Assembly (NCBI RefSeq): GCF_009831105.1
Contig: NZ_WUUQ01000001.1
Location: forward strand, 660,001-692,000
Direction: 5' to 3'
DNA length: 32,000 bases
DNA from: Copranaerobaculum intestinale
GTDB taxonomy: Bacteria > Bacillota_I > Bacilli_A > Erysipelotrichales > Erysipelotrichaceae
Shown here: positions 1 to 8,519 of the stretch, piece after piece
Numbering within the stretch: position 1 is the first letter of the stretch
Layout of the letters: each line of letters begins with the position of its first letter
Program-made: the position numbers and the translations under genes
Notes under the pieces: model-generated
The model's database searches: none
Told to the model about the DNA's origin: nothing
The model's input: the letters and a program-made list of their open reading frames with translations, nothing else

Positions 1-1
1 A

Positions 2-232
2 TTAGAAGATGGATTTCAAATGCTTCAGTTTTCTGTTTATATAAGATTCTGTAAAAATATACAAGATGCTTCAAAACACACAGCAAGAGTGAGTGCGTTA
101 ACTCCAAAGAAAGGAAATATCAGAATATTAAGTATTACGGAAAAGCAATTTGAAGATATGATACTTGTGCTCGGTGAGAAAATTCCAAGCGAGTATATTG
201 TCAATGAACAATACACAATGGTGATAGAATGA
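2..232 (+). CDS. cas2: CRISPR-associated endoribonuclease Cas2, type II-A (5' end cut by window edge)
   Basis: The frame is open from nt 2. LEDGFQMLQFSVY...TPKKGNIRILSITEKQFEDM matches the recalled S. pyogenes Cas2 segment EGFIMHQFSVYSK...[20 protein letters not shown]. Its stop overlaps the next ATG (ATGA), and a CRISPR array lies about 1 kb downstream. Confidence 0.9.
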   Translation, partial: LEDGFQMLQFSVYIRFCKNIQDASKHTARVSALTPKKGNIRILSITEKQFEDMILVLGEKIPSEYIVNEQYTMVIE

Positions 233-1107
233 AAATCTTATGTAATTATAATGAACGTATAAAAGAAATGTATTTCGAGAAGATCGTCTTTTTCCATGGT
301 AATCACAACAACTTGAATACCTTATATCAAACTGTTTTAAATGGATTAAACGGACAAGATAAGAGTTTCCTTTTAAATAATCAAATAATCGAGAAAAAGG
401 AACTTAATGTTATTGAATTTGATAATAATGGAATTATAGATGATTTGAAGTTTACAGCAAAGAGTTACTTTAGTAAATTAATGCAGATACAGATAAATAC
501 TGATGAACTTGAAGAAATAAAAGACGAATATGATTTAATCAATGTGAAATTGGCAAATTTAGTAGCGCATTCTTTCTGTAATTTGCATAGCAAATATATG
601 TTCATAAACCCTCATTTATCTAATTTTTGTATAGAAAAATATATTCAAGACAGTTTTAGTTTTGTAAACAAAGAGGAAATTGATTTTGCCACGAATACTG
701 AATTACAATTATGTATCGTATTAGAATTCATTAATAGCCATCCTGAAACATTCTATCATGTTTTAATTAAAGATTTAGATCGTAATTTGGATTTATCTCA
801 GATTCTTTATATTATAGAGATCATGAAGACTGTATCCAATGCTTCATTTTATATATTTTTACGATGCTTTGAATTATATGAAGCATATCATAATTTTGAA
901 CAATATTTAGTCCTGGAGAATACTGTTTTGCATCGTGTTGAGGAAGAACAGAATTGTATATATAGCCCACTATTAACGCCAAAAGAAAATGAGTATTATA
1001 GTAAAGCTATGACGTATTTAAAACACAAAAAATTGTATGATGAAAGTACTTCTAAGCATCCTGAAATTTTTAAAAGTGACATAATTGATGTAATATTACG
1101 TGAATAA
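229..1107 (+). CDS. csn2: Csn2-like type II-A adaptation protein (assigned mainly by position)
   Basis: A 292-aa ORF translationally coupled to cas2 by a 4-nt overlap. It sits directly between cas2 and the array, which is the canonical csn2 slot in II-A loci. I could not recognise a strong motif, and Csn2 families are very divergent. Confidence 0.6.
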   Translation: MKILCNYNERIKEMYFEKIVFFHGNHNNLNTLYQTVLNGLNGQDKSFLLNNQIIEKKELNVIEFDNNGIIDDLKFTAKSYFSKLMQIQINTDELEEIKDEYDLINVKLANLVAHSFCNLHSKYMFINPHLSNFCIEKYIQDSFSFVNKEEIDFATNTELQLCIVLEFINSHPETFYHVLIKDLDRNLDLSQILYIIEIMKTVSNASFYIFLRCFELYEAYHNFEQYLVLENTVLHRVEEEQNCIYSPLLTPKENEYYSKAMTYLKHKKLYDESTSKHPEIFKSDIIDVILRE

Positions 1108-1146
1108 TGTATGAATTCCTATAAAATATATATTAAATAACTAGCG

Positions 1147-1172
1147 AAAGCCCTGTTACAATGGGCTTTTTT
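1147..1172 (+). terminator. Intrinsic terminator downstream of the csn2-like gene
   Basis: AAAGCCC-tgttacaat-GGGCTTT forms a 7-bp stem that runs into TTTTTT. Confidence 0.6.
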
Positions 1173-1192
1173 ACTTATATATATTGATATCT

Positions 1193-1822
1193 AATAGAGA
1201 ATCTTGTAAAATGAATTTGTACTTATACATTATGATTTTGAGGATAATAATGGGAAGCAATAGAGAATCTTGTAAAATGAATTTGTACTTATACCTGTGC
1301 AGAAGGTGGTAGCTGCTGGACAAGAATAGAGAATCTTGTAAAATGAATTTGTACTTATACCCTTTCACCTTCTATGGCTCTATGCAGATAAATAGAGAAT
1401 CTTGTAAAATGAATTTGTACTTATACCAGCGCTTATTATCCTCGTAAGTGGTAATGAAATAGAGAATCTTGTAAAATGAATTTGTACTTATACCATTGAG
1501 CGTTATCGGCACTACTGTAACATAATAGAGAATCTTGTAAAATGAATTTGTACTTATACAGCGCTATCAGCTGGTGTGCCTGCAACAAAATAGAGAATCT
1601 TGTAAAATGAATTTGTACTTATACTTTTCAATATATCTTGATATTGTAATTCTAAATAGAGAATCTTGTAAAATGAATTTGTACTTATACCAGCGCTTAT
1701 TATCCTCGTAAGTGGTAATGAAATAGAGAATCTTGTAAAATGAATTTGTACTTATACACAAAGACACCATCTTTGTTGATCTCAACAATAGAGAATCTTG
1801 TAAAAAGTTACAGAAATATATC
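1193..1822 (+). CRISPR. CRISPR array: 10 repeats of 36 bp (AATAGAGAATCTTGTAAAATGAATTTGTACTTATAC), 9 spacers of 29-31 bp, terminal repeat degenerate
   Basis: Repeats start at 1193, 1259, 1325, 1391, 1458, 1524, 1589, 1655, 1722 and 1787. The first nine are identical. The tenth keeps only its first 19 nt (1787-1805). The plus orientation is inferred from the co-directional cas genes and from the 3'-degenerate last repeat at the cas-distal end. Confidence 0.95.
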
Positions 1823-1888
1823 TATATTTGAAAGTACATTTAAAAAATTTGAATTTTACTGTTCATCGAAAATCTACAAATTAAAAAG

Positions 1889-1920
1889 ATTGTCTTATAT
1901 GATTAGGACAATTTTCTTTT
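1889..1920 (-). terminator. Hairpin terminator after pepF (T-tracts on both strands, possibly bidirectional)
   Basis: ATTGTC(T)...(G)GACAAT stem. It is followed by TTTCTTTT on the plus strand and by CTTTTTAA on the minus strand, directly after the pepF stop at 1923-1925. Confidence 0.55.
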
Positions 1921-1922
1921 AA

Positions 1923-3683
1923 TTACATCATCAATTCCTTACATTCTTCCAAGGTTTCCTTAAAGAATGTGAATGCATCATCATAAACTTGATCATTGCG
2001 AGGATCAACTCCGCTGTTTACCAATTCATCAATCGGGCTTTCACTTCCGCCCTTGGATAAAAATTTCATATAATCAGCAGTATCACCAGATAATATTTTC
2101 TTAACAAAACTCAGGGCAACCGACATTCCCAACGTATATTTATATACATAAAAGTTGTAATAGAAATGTGGTACATAGAAGCATTTGTATTTTTCTAGGT
2201 CATCCACGATGACAGATGATCCAAAGTAGTTGCGGCTGATATTTAAGAAATCCTCAGTCAACTTGCCACTGGAAACCGGCTCTCCCTTTTCAATAAAAGT
2301 ATGAAGATCCAATTCAAACTGTGCATACATCGGCTGACGGTATAGAGTTCCTACCAGCTGTTCCAGAAGATTGGTTAAAATATATGCTTTGTAGGCTTCA
2401 TCATCACTGGTAGATAACAGATATTTGTTTAACAGAATTTCATTGACAGTACTTGCAACTTCAGCGACAAAGATACGATAATTCGCAAGCATAGGCCGAT
2501 TGTTTTTATGAGAGTAATAAGAATGCATAGAGTGTCCGAGTTCATGAGCCAAAGTGCTCAAGCTGTCATATCCACCGGTAAAGTTCATTAGCACAAAGGG
2601 ATTAGAATCATAGCTTCCTCCCGAATATGCACCGCTGCGTTTTCCGGTATGTGTCATATAATCCACCCAATGTTCCTTTTTTGCCTGGTTCAGCAGTTCC
2701 AAATATTCATCGCCAAGTGGTTTTAACGCTTTATGCAGAATATCATAACATTCCTCAATGCTGTAATTCTGCTGTTCACTTTCCGCTAACGGTAATAAAA
2801 TATCATACGTATGCTGTTCTTCCAGTTTCAGATATTCTTTACGGAAAGCAAAATAATCATGAAGCGGCTGCTGATATTTTACATTGGCCATGTGCAGTAC
2901 TTTATCAAACAAAGAACGATCTGCACCATCTTCAAATAAGCTCGCGTCCAGTGCACTGTCAAAGTGGCGAATCTTCGCATTCAGCACCTGTCCATAGGCA
3001 TGACTGCCCAGCATTTTTGCAAATGCGTTATCATAGCGTTTGTATTCTTGAAATAGATGTGTGAATGCCTGCTTTCTTACATCATGAACCGGATGTTTTA
3101 AAAATTCCGTATAAGTTGCTTCATTTAAAAATAGTTCTTCACCACCGATTGTCACCGGTTCAAATTCCAATCGCAATGCATCATAAATTTCAGAAGGATT
3201 GACCATCAGTTCATTTACTTGTGCCATCAGCATTTCTTCGCGCTCATTTAGCCGATGCGGAATGGTTCGGAAAATTTCATCGATCGGATATCGGAAATCT
3301 TTGCAATCGTCGTCCGCCAGATAAATTTCTACTACAGCTTTGTTGGCAATCAGTTCTAGATCAACGAAATTCAGTTTTTCAAGGCAATCCTGATACAGCT
3401 TCATGGTCAAAGAGCGGTTATTCTGCACGACTTGATCTTCCGGCATGACATCTGCGCACATATTGGCGTAGCTACTTAGATTGTCCAGGTAACGGGAGAA
3501 TGTTTCCTGATCATTCATAAATTGAATAAACGCATCTTTTGTTTTTGTGATAGTCCCTTGTTTTGCAGTCAATTTTTCCAATAAACTGCGGGCAACCTGA
3601 TACTGTTTCTCAAATGCTTTCTGATCTTTAAAAAGGGTAGTCAGATCCCATTGATATTCTTTTGCGATATCACTTCGTTTCAT
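1923..3683 (-). CDS. pepF: Oligoendopeptidase F (M3B metallopeptidase)
   Basis: 586 aa with an HELGHSMH zinc-binding HExxH motif. Length and overall sequence are typical of PepF. A GAGGTGG RBS lies upstream of the ATG. Confidence 0.93.
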   Translation of the reverse strand: MKRSDIAKEYQWDLTTLFKDQKAFEKQYQVARSLLEKLTAKQGTITKTKDAFIQFMNDQETFSRYLDNLSSYANMCADVMPEDQVVQNNRSLTMKLYQDCLEKLNFVDLELIANKAVVEIYLADDDCKDFRYPIDEIFRTIPHRLNEREEMLMAQVNELMVNPSEIYDALRLEFEPVTIGGEELFLNEATYTEFLKHPVHDVRKQAFTHLFQEYKRYDNAFAKMLGSHAYGQVLNAKIRHFDSALDASLFEDGADRSLFDKVLHMANVKYQQPLHDYFAFRKEYLKLEEQHTYDILLPLAESEQQNYSIEECYDILHKALKPLGDEYLELLNQAKKEHWVDYMTHTGKRSGAYSGGSYDSNPFVLMNFTGGYDSLSTLAHELGHSMHSYYSHKNNRPMLANYRIFVAEVASTVNEILLNKYLLSTSDDEAYKAYILTNLLEQLVGTLYRQPMYAQFELDLHTFIEKGEPVSSGKLTEDFLNISRNYFGSSVIVDDLEKYKCFYVPHFYYNFYVYKYTLGMSVALSFVKKILSGDTADYMKFLSKGGSESPIDELVNSGVDPRNDQVYDDAFTFFKETLEECKELMM

Positions 3684-3703
3684 AATTCCACCTCACTGTT
3701 CTT

Positions 3704-3732
3704 ATTGTATCGCGAAACCTATATTAAGACAA
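3704..3732 (-). promoter_or_regulatory. Sigma-A type promoter for pepF
   Basis: On the minus strand: TTGTCT (-35, 3727-3732), a 17-nt spacer, then TACAAT (-10, 3704-3709). Confidence 0.6.
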
Positions 3733-3752
3733 TGAGGAAGCATAGGAACTTC

Positions 3753-3781
3753 TGTTGTGTTTTAGGGGATTATGATATAAT
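3753..3781 (+). promoter_or_regulatory. Extended -10 promoter for deoD
   Basis: TGaTATAAT at 3773-3781. The -35 is weak (TGTTGT or TTGTGT at 3753-3760). Confidence 0.45.
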
Positions 3782-3811
3782 GTGGATACAAATCAAAGGA
3801 GGATTTTTATT

Positions 3812-4528
3812 ATGGCTACACCACATAATCATGCGGAAAACGGAGATATCGCCAAGACCGTACTAATGCCGGGAGATCCGCTTCGTGCGAAGTTCATTGC
3901 GGAAACATATTTGGAAAATCCAGTACAGTTTAATACGGTCCGCAATATGTTTGGGTATACCGGAACGTATAAAGGAAAGAAATTATCAGTAATGGGAAGC
4001 GGCATGGGAATGCCAAGCATCGGAATCTATTCTTATGAGCTTTACAAATTTTACAATGTGGAAAATATTATTCGCATCGGCTCGGCAGGCGCTTATACAG
4101 ATCAGTTGGAGCTTTTCGATCTCGTACTGGCAGACAGCGCATGGAGTGAATCCAGTTTCGCAAAAGTACAGTCAGGTAATGACAGTGATATACAGCTTCC
4201 AAGTGATCAACTGAATGGTGTGATCGAGGAAGCCGGCAGAGCCTTAAATAAACATATTACCAAAGCACGTATTCATTCCAGCGACGTATTTTACCATGAA
4301 GCAAATGTTCCCGGCATCGAAGCCTTCTATGGTGAACATAACTGTGTCTGCGTAGAAATGGAAAGCTTTGCGTTATTCCAGAATGCGAAAGTGCTCGGCA
4401 AGCATGCGGCCTGTCTGCTGACAATCTCGGATTCCTTGGTAACACAAGCTGCGACCACCGCTGAAGAGCGCCAGAACTCCTTTCATTCCATGATGGAAGT
4501 GGCACTGGAGGCAGCGATTCAATTATAA
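3812..4528 (+). CDS. deoD: Purine nucleoside phosphorylase DeoD-type
   Basis: MATPHNHAENGDIAKTVLMPGDPLRAKFIAETYLE...GMGMPS...CVEMES is the classic hexameric PNP sequence. An AAAGGAGGA RBS precedes the ATG at 3812, so the longer ORF starting at 3782 was rejected. Confidence 0.93.
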   Translation: MATPHNHAENGDIAKTVLMPGDPLRAKFIAETYLENPVQFNTVRNMFGYTGTYKGKKLSVMGSGMGMPSIGIYSYELYKFYNVENIIRIGSAGAYTDQLELFDLVLADSAWSESSFAKVQSGNDSDIQLPSDQLNGVIEEAGRALNKHITKARIHSSDVFYHEANVPGIEAFYGEHNCVCVEMESFALFQNAKVLGKHAACLLTISDSLVTQAATTAEERQNSFHSMMEVALEAAIQL

Positions 4529-4537
4529 TTTACAAAA

Positions 4538-4562
4538 GAACGGTGTGCCGTTCTTTTTATTT
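4538..4562 (+). terminator. Intrinsic terminator after deoD
   Basis: GAACGG-tgtg-CCGTTC followed by TTTTTATTTT. Confidence 0.75.
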
Positions 4563-4578
4563 TAAAAGAGTGCATGAA

Positions 4579-4607
4579 TTGACTTCTATCTGGGTATCCT
4601 ATATAGT
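4579..4607 (+). promoter_or_regulatory. Sigma-A promoter of the csoR-copA operon
   Basis: TTGACT (4579-4584), exactly 17 nt of spacer, then TATAGT (4602-4607). Confidence 0.7.
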
Positions 4608-4615
4608 AAATCTAT

Positions 4616-4631
4616 CCCTACACCCATAGGG
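4616..4631 (+). promoter_or_regulatory. Candidate CsoR operator (GC-rich inverted repeat)
   Basis: CCCTA-cacccA-TAGGG lies immediately downstream of the -10 box. It resembles the recalled TACCC...GGGTA-type CsoR boxes of Firmicutes. Confidence 0.5.
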
Positions 4632-4644
4632 GGAGGTTAAAAAC

Positions 4645-4911
4645 ATGATTAGAGAACGAGAAAAAGCATTGCAGAATTTAAAAACGGCTCGTGGTCAGAT
4701 TGATGCGATCATCCGTATGATTGAAGACGAACGTTATTGTATTGATGTATCCAATCAGATTATGGCAAGTACAGCCTTGCTGAAAAAAGCCAATATGCAT
4801 ATCTTGAGCGGCCATTTACACACTTGTGTCAAGGATGCGATGCGCTCTGAAGAACAGAGTGAAGAAAAAATCAATGAGATAGAAGTATTGTTTGAGAAAA
4901 TATTGAAATAG
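4645..4911 (+). CDS. csoR: Copper-sensing transcriptional repressor, CsoR family
   Basis: 88 aa, DUF156-like. NLKTARGQIDAIIRMIEDERYCIDVSNQI...GHLHTC carries the Cys/His/Cys copper ligands. It lies directly upstream of copA. Confidence 0.9.
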   Translation: MIREREKALQNLKTARGQIDAIIRMIEDERYCIDVSNQIMASTALLKKANMHILSGHLHTCVKDAMRSEEQSEEKINEIEVLFEKILK

Positions 4912-4922
4912 GAGGTACCCTT

Positions 4923-7343
4923 GTGAAAAAGACATATGATGTAGAAGGAATGAGCTGCAGCGCATGTGCAGCGGCGGTGGAACGAATTTGTAAGCGGGTT
5001 GACGGTGTTGAACATGCTGAGGTAAATCTGGTTATGAATCAGGCAACCATTGAAAGTGAACAGCCAATCGCAATTGAAACATATAATGAGGCTTTGCAAA
5101 AAGCTGGTTTTACTTTGCATGAAATTCATGAAAATAAGGAAATCAATCTGCAGATCAACGGTATGAGCTGCAGCTCCTGTTCCAGTGCTGTGGAACGGGT
5201 GTTAAACCGTATGGAAGGGATCGAACAGGCGAATGTGAATCTATTAACCAACAGTGCTCATATCGTGTATGATCCCAAAGTGGTAAAAGTATCAGAGATG
5301 CTGCATGCGATAAAAAAAGCTGGTTATGAGGGAAGTATCCCAAAAAATCAGGAGCCGCACATAGAAACCAAAGATCGCGTAAATTTAAAAATATATGTTA
5401 CCTTGGCATTGGCAGCCGTATTGCTTTACATCGGCATGTCACATATGCTTGGAAATATCGAGCTTCCGCTTCCGGCATTCATCCATTATGAAAAGAATCC
5501 AGTTAATTTTGCGCTGATTCAAATGATTTTAGCGACCCTGATCTTGATAATCGGCAAGCATTTTTTTATCAATGGTATCCGTTCGCTGGTCCATTTAGCT
5601 CCCAATATGGATACCTTGGTCGCAATTGGAACCGGCAGTGCATATTTGTATTCCTGGTATTCTTTTATTACTATTTTAGAAGGAAATATGCATGGTGTAC
5701 ATGGGCTGTATTTTGAATCTGCCGGGGTTGTTGTCGCTCTGGTTATGTTCGGTAAACATTTGGAAGCACGCTCGAAACAGAAAACCTATGGTGCGATACA
5801 AGCATTGCTGTCGCTTCGGCCTACAACAACGGTACTGCTTAAAAACGGCGAGGAAATTGTTATTGACAGCAGCGAAGCGATGATAGGCGATACTTTGCTG
5901 GTAAAGGCTGGAGAAGCGATCCCTTTGGATGGAGTCATCCTTGAGGGAGAAAGCTCAGTCGATGAATCCATGCTGACAGGAGAAAGCATGCCGCTTGATA
6001 AACATGCAGGTGATTCGCTGATTGGCGGTACGCTGAATTTGACCGGCAGGATCCAAATGGAAGTAACAGCAGTCAGTGAAGATACGGTATTATCCAAAAT
6101 CATTAAAATGGTTGAAGAAGCACAGGGAAAGAAAGCACCGATCGCCCGTATTGCAGATCGAATTTCTCTGTATTTTGTCCCGACGGTCATGGTAATCGCA
6201 CTAATCGCTTCGATTAGCTGGTTTATCGCTAAACAGGACATGACGTTTTCCTTAACAATTTTTGTATCGGTTCTGGTGATTGCTTGTCCATGCGCACTGG
6301 GCCTGGCAACTCCGACCGCAATCATGGTGGGTACCGGCAAGGCGGCACAGAACGGTATATTTATGAAAAGCGGAGAGGCTTTGGAAACCGCAGGATCGAT
6401 CGATACCATAGTATTCGATAAAACCGGCACGCTCACGATGGGCAAGCCAACCGTTGTTGCTATGGAAAGTTCGGATAAGAAACAGCTCCTTGCCTTGGCG
6501 TCTGCGGCGGAATCCGGCTCTAAGCATCCGCTTTCGATCGCGATTGTAAAGGCAGCTGAAACAGAAAAATTAGAAATACCGAAAGCTGAACAGGTGATGA
6601 CACGCAATGGTTTGGGTGTTCAGGCTATGTATCAGGATCAGCCGTTGTTGGTTGGTAACCGCCGCCTCATGGAGAAACAACAGCTGTCCACAAAAGCATA
6701 TACTGAAATAGAAACACAGTGGCAGAATAAAGGCTATACGGTTGTTTGGGTCGCCTATGGAAAAGCTGTTCTCGGCCTTTTGGCAATTGCTGATCAAGTA
6801 AAAGAAGAATCGCATGAAGTTATTGAAAATCTTTTGAAACAAAATATTGATGTGATCATGATGACAGGCGATCATCCGCGCAGTGCAAAGACGATTGCTG
6901 TCAATATCGGAATTACCCATGTGATTGCTGAAGTACTTCCGGAGGGAAAGGGCGAAGAAATCAAAAAGCTTCAATCACAAGGCAAGCGGGTTGCCATGGT
7001 TGGTGACGGAATCAACGATGCAGTTGCATTGACGCAAAGCGACATCGGCATTGCAATCGGATCCGGCAGTGATGTTGCAGTTGAATCCGCAGATATTGTT
7101 CTGATGAAAGATAAAATTGAGGATGTATGGACAGCAGTGCGATTATCAAGAGCAGTTATGCGCAATATCAAGCAGAATTTGTTTTGGGCATTCTTCTATA
7201 ATACACTCGGCATTCCGATTGCAGCCGGAATTCTGTACTTATTTGGCGGTCCGCTGCTGAATCCGATTTTTGCGGGGGCGGCGATGGCCTTCAGTTCAGT
7301 TAGCGTTGTAAGCAACGCATTAAGACTGCGCTATTTTAAATAA
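4923..7343 (+). CDS. copA: Copper-translocating P1B-type ATPase with two N-terminal HMA domains
   Basis: GTG start after a GGAGG RBS. Two GMSCSxC metal-binding motifs, a CPC transmembrane motif, the DKTGTLT phosphorylation site and a GDGINDAVAL hinge. Confidence 0.95.
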   Translation: MKKTYDVEGMSCSACAAAVERICKRVDGVEHAEVNLVMNQATIESEQPIAIETYNEALQKAGFTLHEIHENKEINLQINGMSCSSCSSAVERVLNRMEGIEQANVNLLTNSAHIVYDPKVVKVSEMLHAIKKAGYEGSIPKNQEPHIETKDRVNLKIYVTLALAAVLLYIGMSHMLGNIELPLPAFIHYEKNPVNFALIQMILATLILIIGKHFFINGIRSLVHLAPNMDTLVAIGTGSAYLYSWYSFITILEGNMHGVHGLYFESAGVVVALVMFGKHLEARSKQKTYGAIQALLSLRPTTTVLLKNGEEIVIDSSEAMIGDTLLVKAGEAIPLDGVILEGESSVDESMLTGESMPLDKHAGDSLIGGTLNLTGRIQMEVTAVSEDTVLSKIIKMVEEAQGKKAPIARIADRISLYFVPTVMVIALIASISWFIAKQDMTFSLTIFVSVLVIACPCALGLATPTAIMVGTGKAAQNGIFMKSGEALETAGSIDTIVFDKTGTLTMGKPTVVAMESSDKKQLLALASAAESGSKHPLSIAIVKAAETEKLEIPKAEQVMTRNGLGVQAMYQDQPLLVGNRRLMEKQQLSTKAYTEIETQWQNKGYTVVWVAYGKAVLGLLAIADQVKEESHEVIENLLKQNIDVIMMTGDHPRSAKTIAVNIGITHVIAEVLPEGKGEEIKKLQSQGKRVAMVGDGINDAVALTQSDIGIAIGSGSDVAVESADIVLMKDKIEDVWTAVRLSRAVMRNIKQNLFWAFFYNTLGIPIAAGILYLFGGPLLNPIFAGAAMAFSSVSVVSNALRLRYFK

Positions 7344-7353
7344 CATCTCAGTC

Positions 7354-7384
7354 AGCCGGAATTTTCTTCCGGCTTTTCTTTTGC
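7354..7384 (+). terminator. Intrinsic terminator after copA
   Basis: AGCCGGAA-ttttc-TTCCGGCT followed by TTTCTTTT. Confidence 0.8.
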
Positions 7385-7442
7385 TTTCCAATCCCGAGGA
7401 TTTCTCGAATCGTGTTATAATACATGTGAATTGAGTGATGAT

Positions 7443-8519
7443 ATGGAAATAATTAATAAGGAAAAATGGATCCAGGATTTGTTGACCTGGTATAGGGAAA
7501 ATGCTCGTGTATTACCCTGGCGAAGTGAACCGACACCGTATCGCGTCTGGGTATCGGAAATTATGCTTCAGCAAACACGCGTCGAAGCAGTAAAGCCTTA
7601 TTTTGAACGTTTTTTATCTGCGGTTCCGGATATTCCATCGCTGGCTGTGATTGATGATGATATGCTTCATAAGCTATGGGAAGGTTTGGGCTATTATAAT
7701 CGGGTGCGTAATATGAAAAAATGTGCACAAGTGTGTGTTGAAAAGCACAAAGGCAAGCTTCCGGCAAGCTATGAGGAGCTGCTGAATTTACCGGGAATCG
7801 GTGAATATACAGCGGGAGCGGTCGCTTCTATTGCTTTTCACGAGGCGGTGCCGGCGGTTGATGGTAATGTCCTGCGGGTGTTCAGCCGTTTGATGGTCAG
7901 CGAGGATGATATATTAGAACTTAAAACCAAACGTAAATTCCAAATGATCATTCAGGATTTAATGCCGAAGGACCATCCGGATGAGTTTAATCAGGCAGTC
8001 ATGGAAATCGGAGCGTTGATTTGTGTTCCCAATGCCGCACCGCGATGCAACATCTGTCCACTGGCCGAACACTGTCATGGATATCGCGAGGGAAAAGCAC
8101 ATTATCTGCCGATAAAAAAAGCCAAAGCGCGCCGCCGGATTGAGAAAAAAACGATTCTCATTCTGATTCATAAGCATAAAATAGCTGTTCGGCAGCGACC
8201 AAAGGAAGGACTGCTGGCGTCCTTATATGAATTTATGGCGTACGAAGATCATCTAACCCGCAATCAGATTCAGGAAAAATTGATGCAGTCTGGATATGTG
8301 ATTGATAAGATGATCAAGCTCACATCGGCAAAGCATATTTTCACGCATTTGGAATGGCATATGAACGGTTATTTAATTTTGTGTGAGGATTTGGGAAAAT
8401 GTGAAGATTTTACTTGGGTGAGCGTTGCGGAAATGGAAACAAAATATGCGATTCCGACCGCTTTAAAGATTTATCGCGATGCGGCGGTACAATGGCTGAA
8501 AAGTGAGGGAGATATATGA
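7443..8519 (+). CDS. mutY: A/G-specific adenine DNA glycosylase MutY
   Basis: LPWR...PYRVWVSEIMLQQTRV HhH-GPD core, a CxxxxxxCxxCxxxxxC 4Fe-4S cluster loop (CVPNAAPRCNICPLAEHC) and a C-terminal NUDIX-like domain. The start is ambiguous: the in-frame TTG at 7431 is the alternative. Confidence 0.88.
   Translation: MEIINKEKWIQDLLTWYRENARVLPWRSEPTPYRVWVSEIMLQQTRVEAVKPYFERFLSAVPDIPSLAVIDDDMLHKLWEGLGYYNRVRNMKKCAQVCVEKHKGKLPASYEELLNLPGIGEYTAGAVASIAFHEAVPAVDGNVLRVFSRLMVSEDDILELKTKRKFQMIIQDLMPKDHPDEFNQAVMEIGALICVPNAAPRCNICPLAEHCHGYREGKAHYLPIKKAKARRRIEKKTILILIHKHKIAVRQRPKEGLLASLYEFMAYEDHLTRNQIQEKLMQSGYVIDKMIKLTSAKHIFTHLEWHMNGYLILCEDLGKCEDFTWVSVAEMETKYAIPTALKIYRDAAVQWLKSEGDI

Noticed and set aside
1823-1920. 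Possible plus-strand tracrRNA between the array and pepF: patches complementary to the repeat (AAGTACA at 1832-1838, AAATT at 1845-1849, ATTTTAC at 1853-1859) followed by a hairpin with TTTTCTTTT
   Set aside because: Pairing drawn by hand gives only three short helices (7, 5 and 7 bp) against repeat positions 14-32. Nothing pairs with repeat positions 1-13, the part retained in mature type II crRNAs. In such AT-rich DNA this level of complementarity is plausible by chance, and the hairpin is adequately explained as the pepF terminator.
1171-1922. ORFs in the supplied track that overlap the CRISPR array (1171-1368 minus, 1567-1788 minus, 1740-1922 plus)
   Set aside because: Their translations are just the repeat read over and over (YKYKFILQDSL recurring once per 66-nt unit). 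They are artefacts of the array, not genes.
2627-3064. 145-aa plus-strand ORF inside pepF, plus similar antisense ORFs inside copA (5786-6607 of 273 aa, 6570-6974, 6252-6527)
   Set aside because: They lie entirely antisense within well-supported conserved genes. Their products are low-complexity with no motifs and no RBS, which is typical of shadow ORFs in moderately GC-rich coding DNA.
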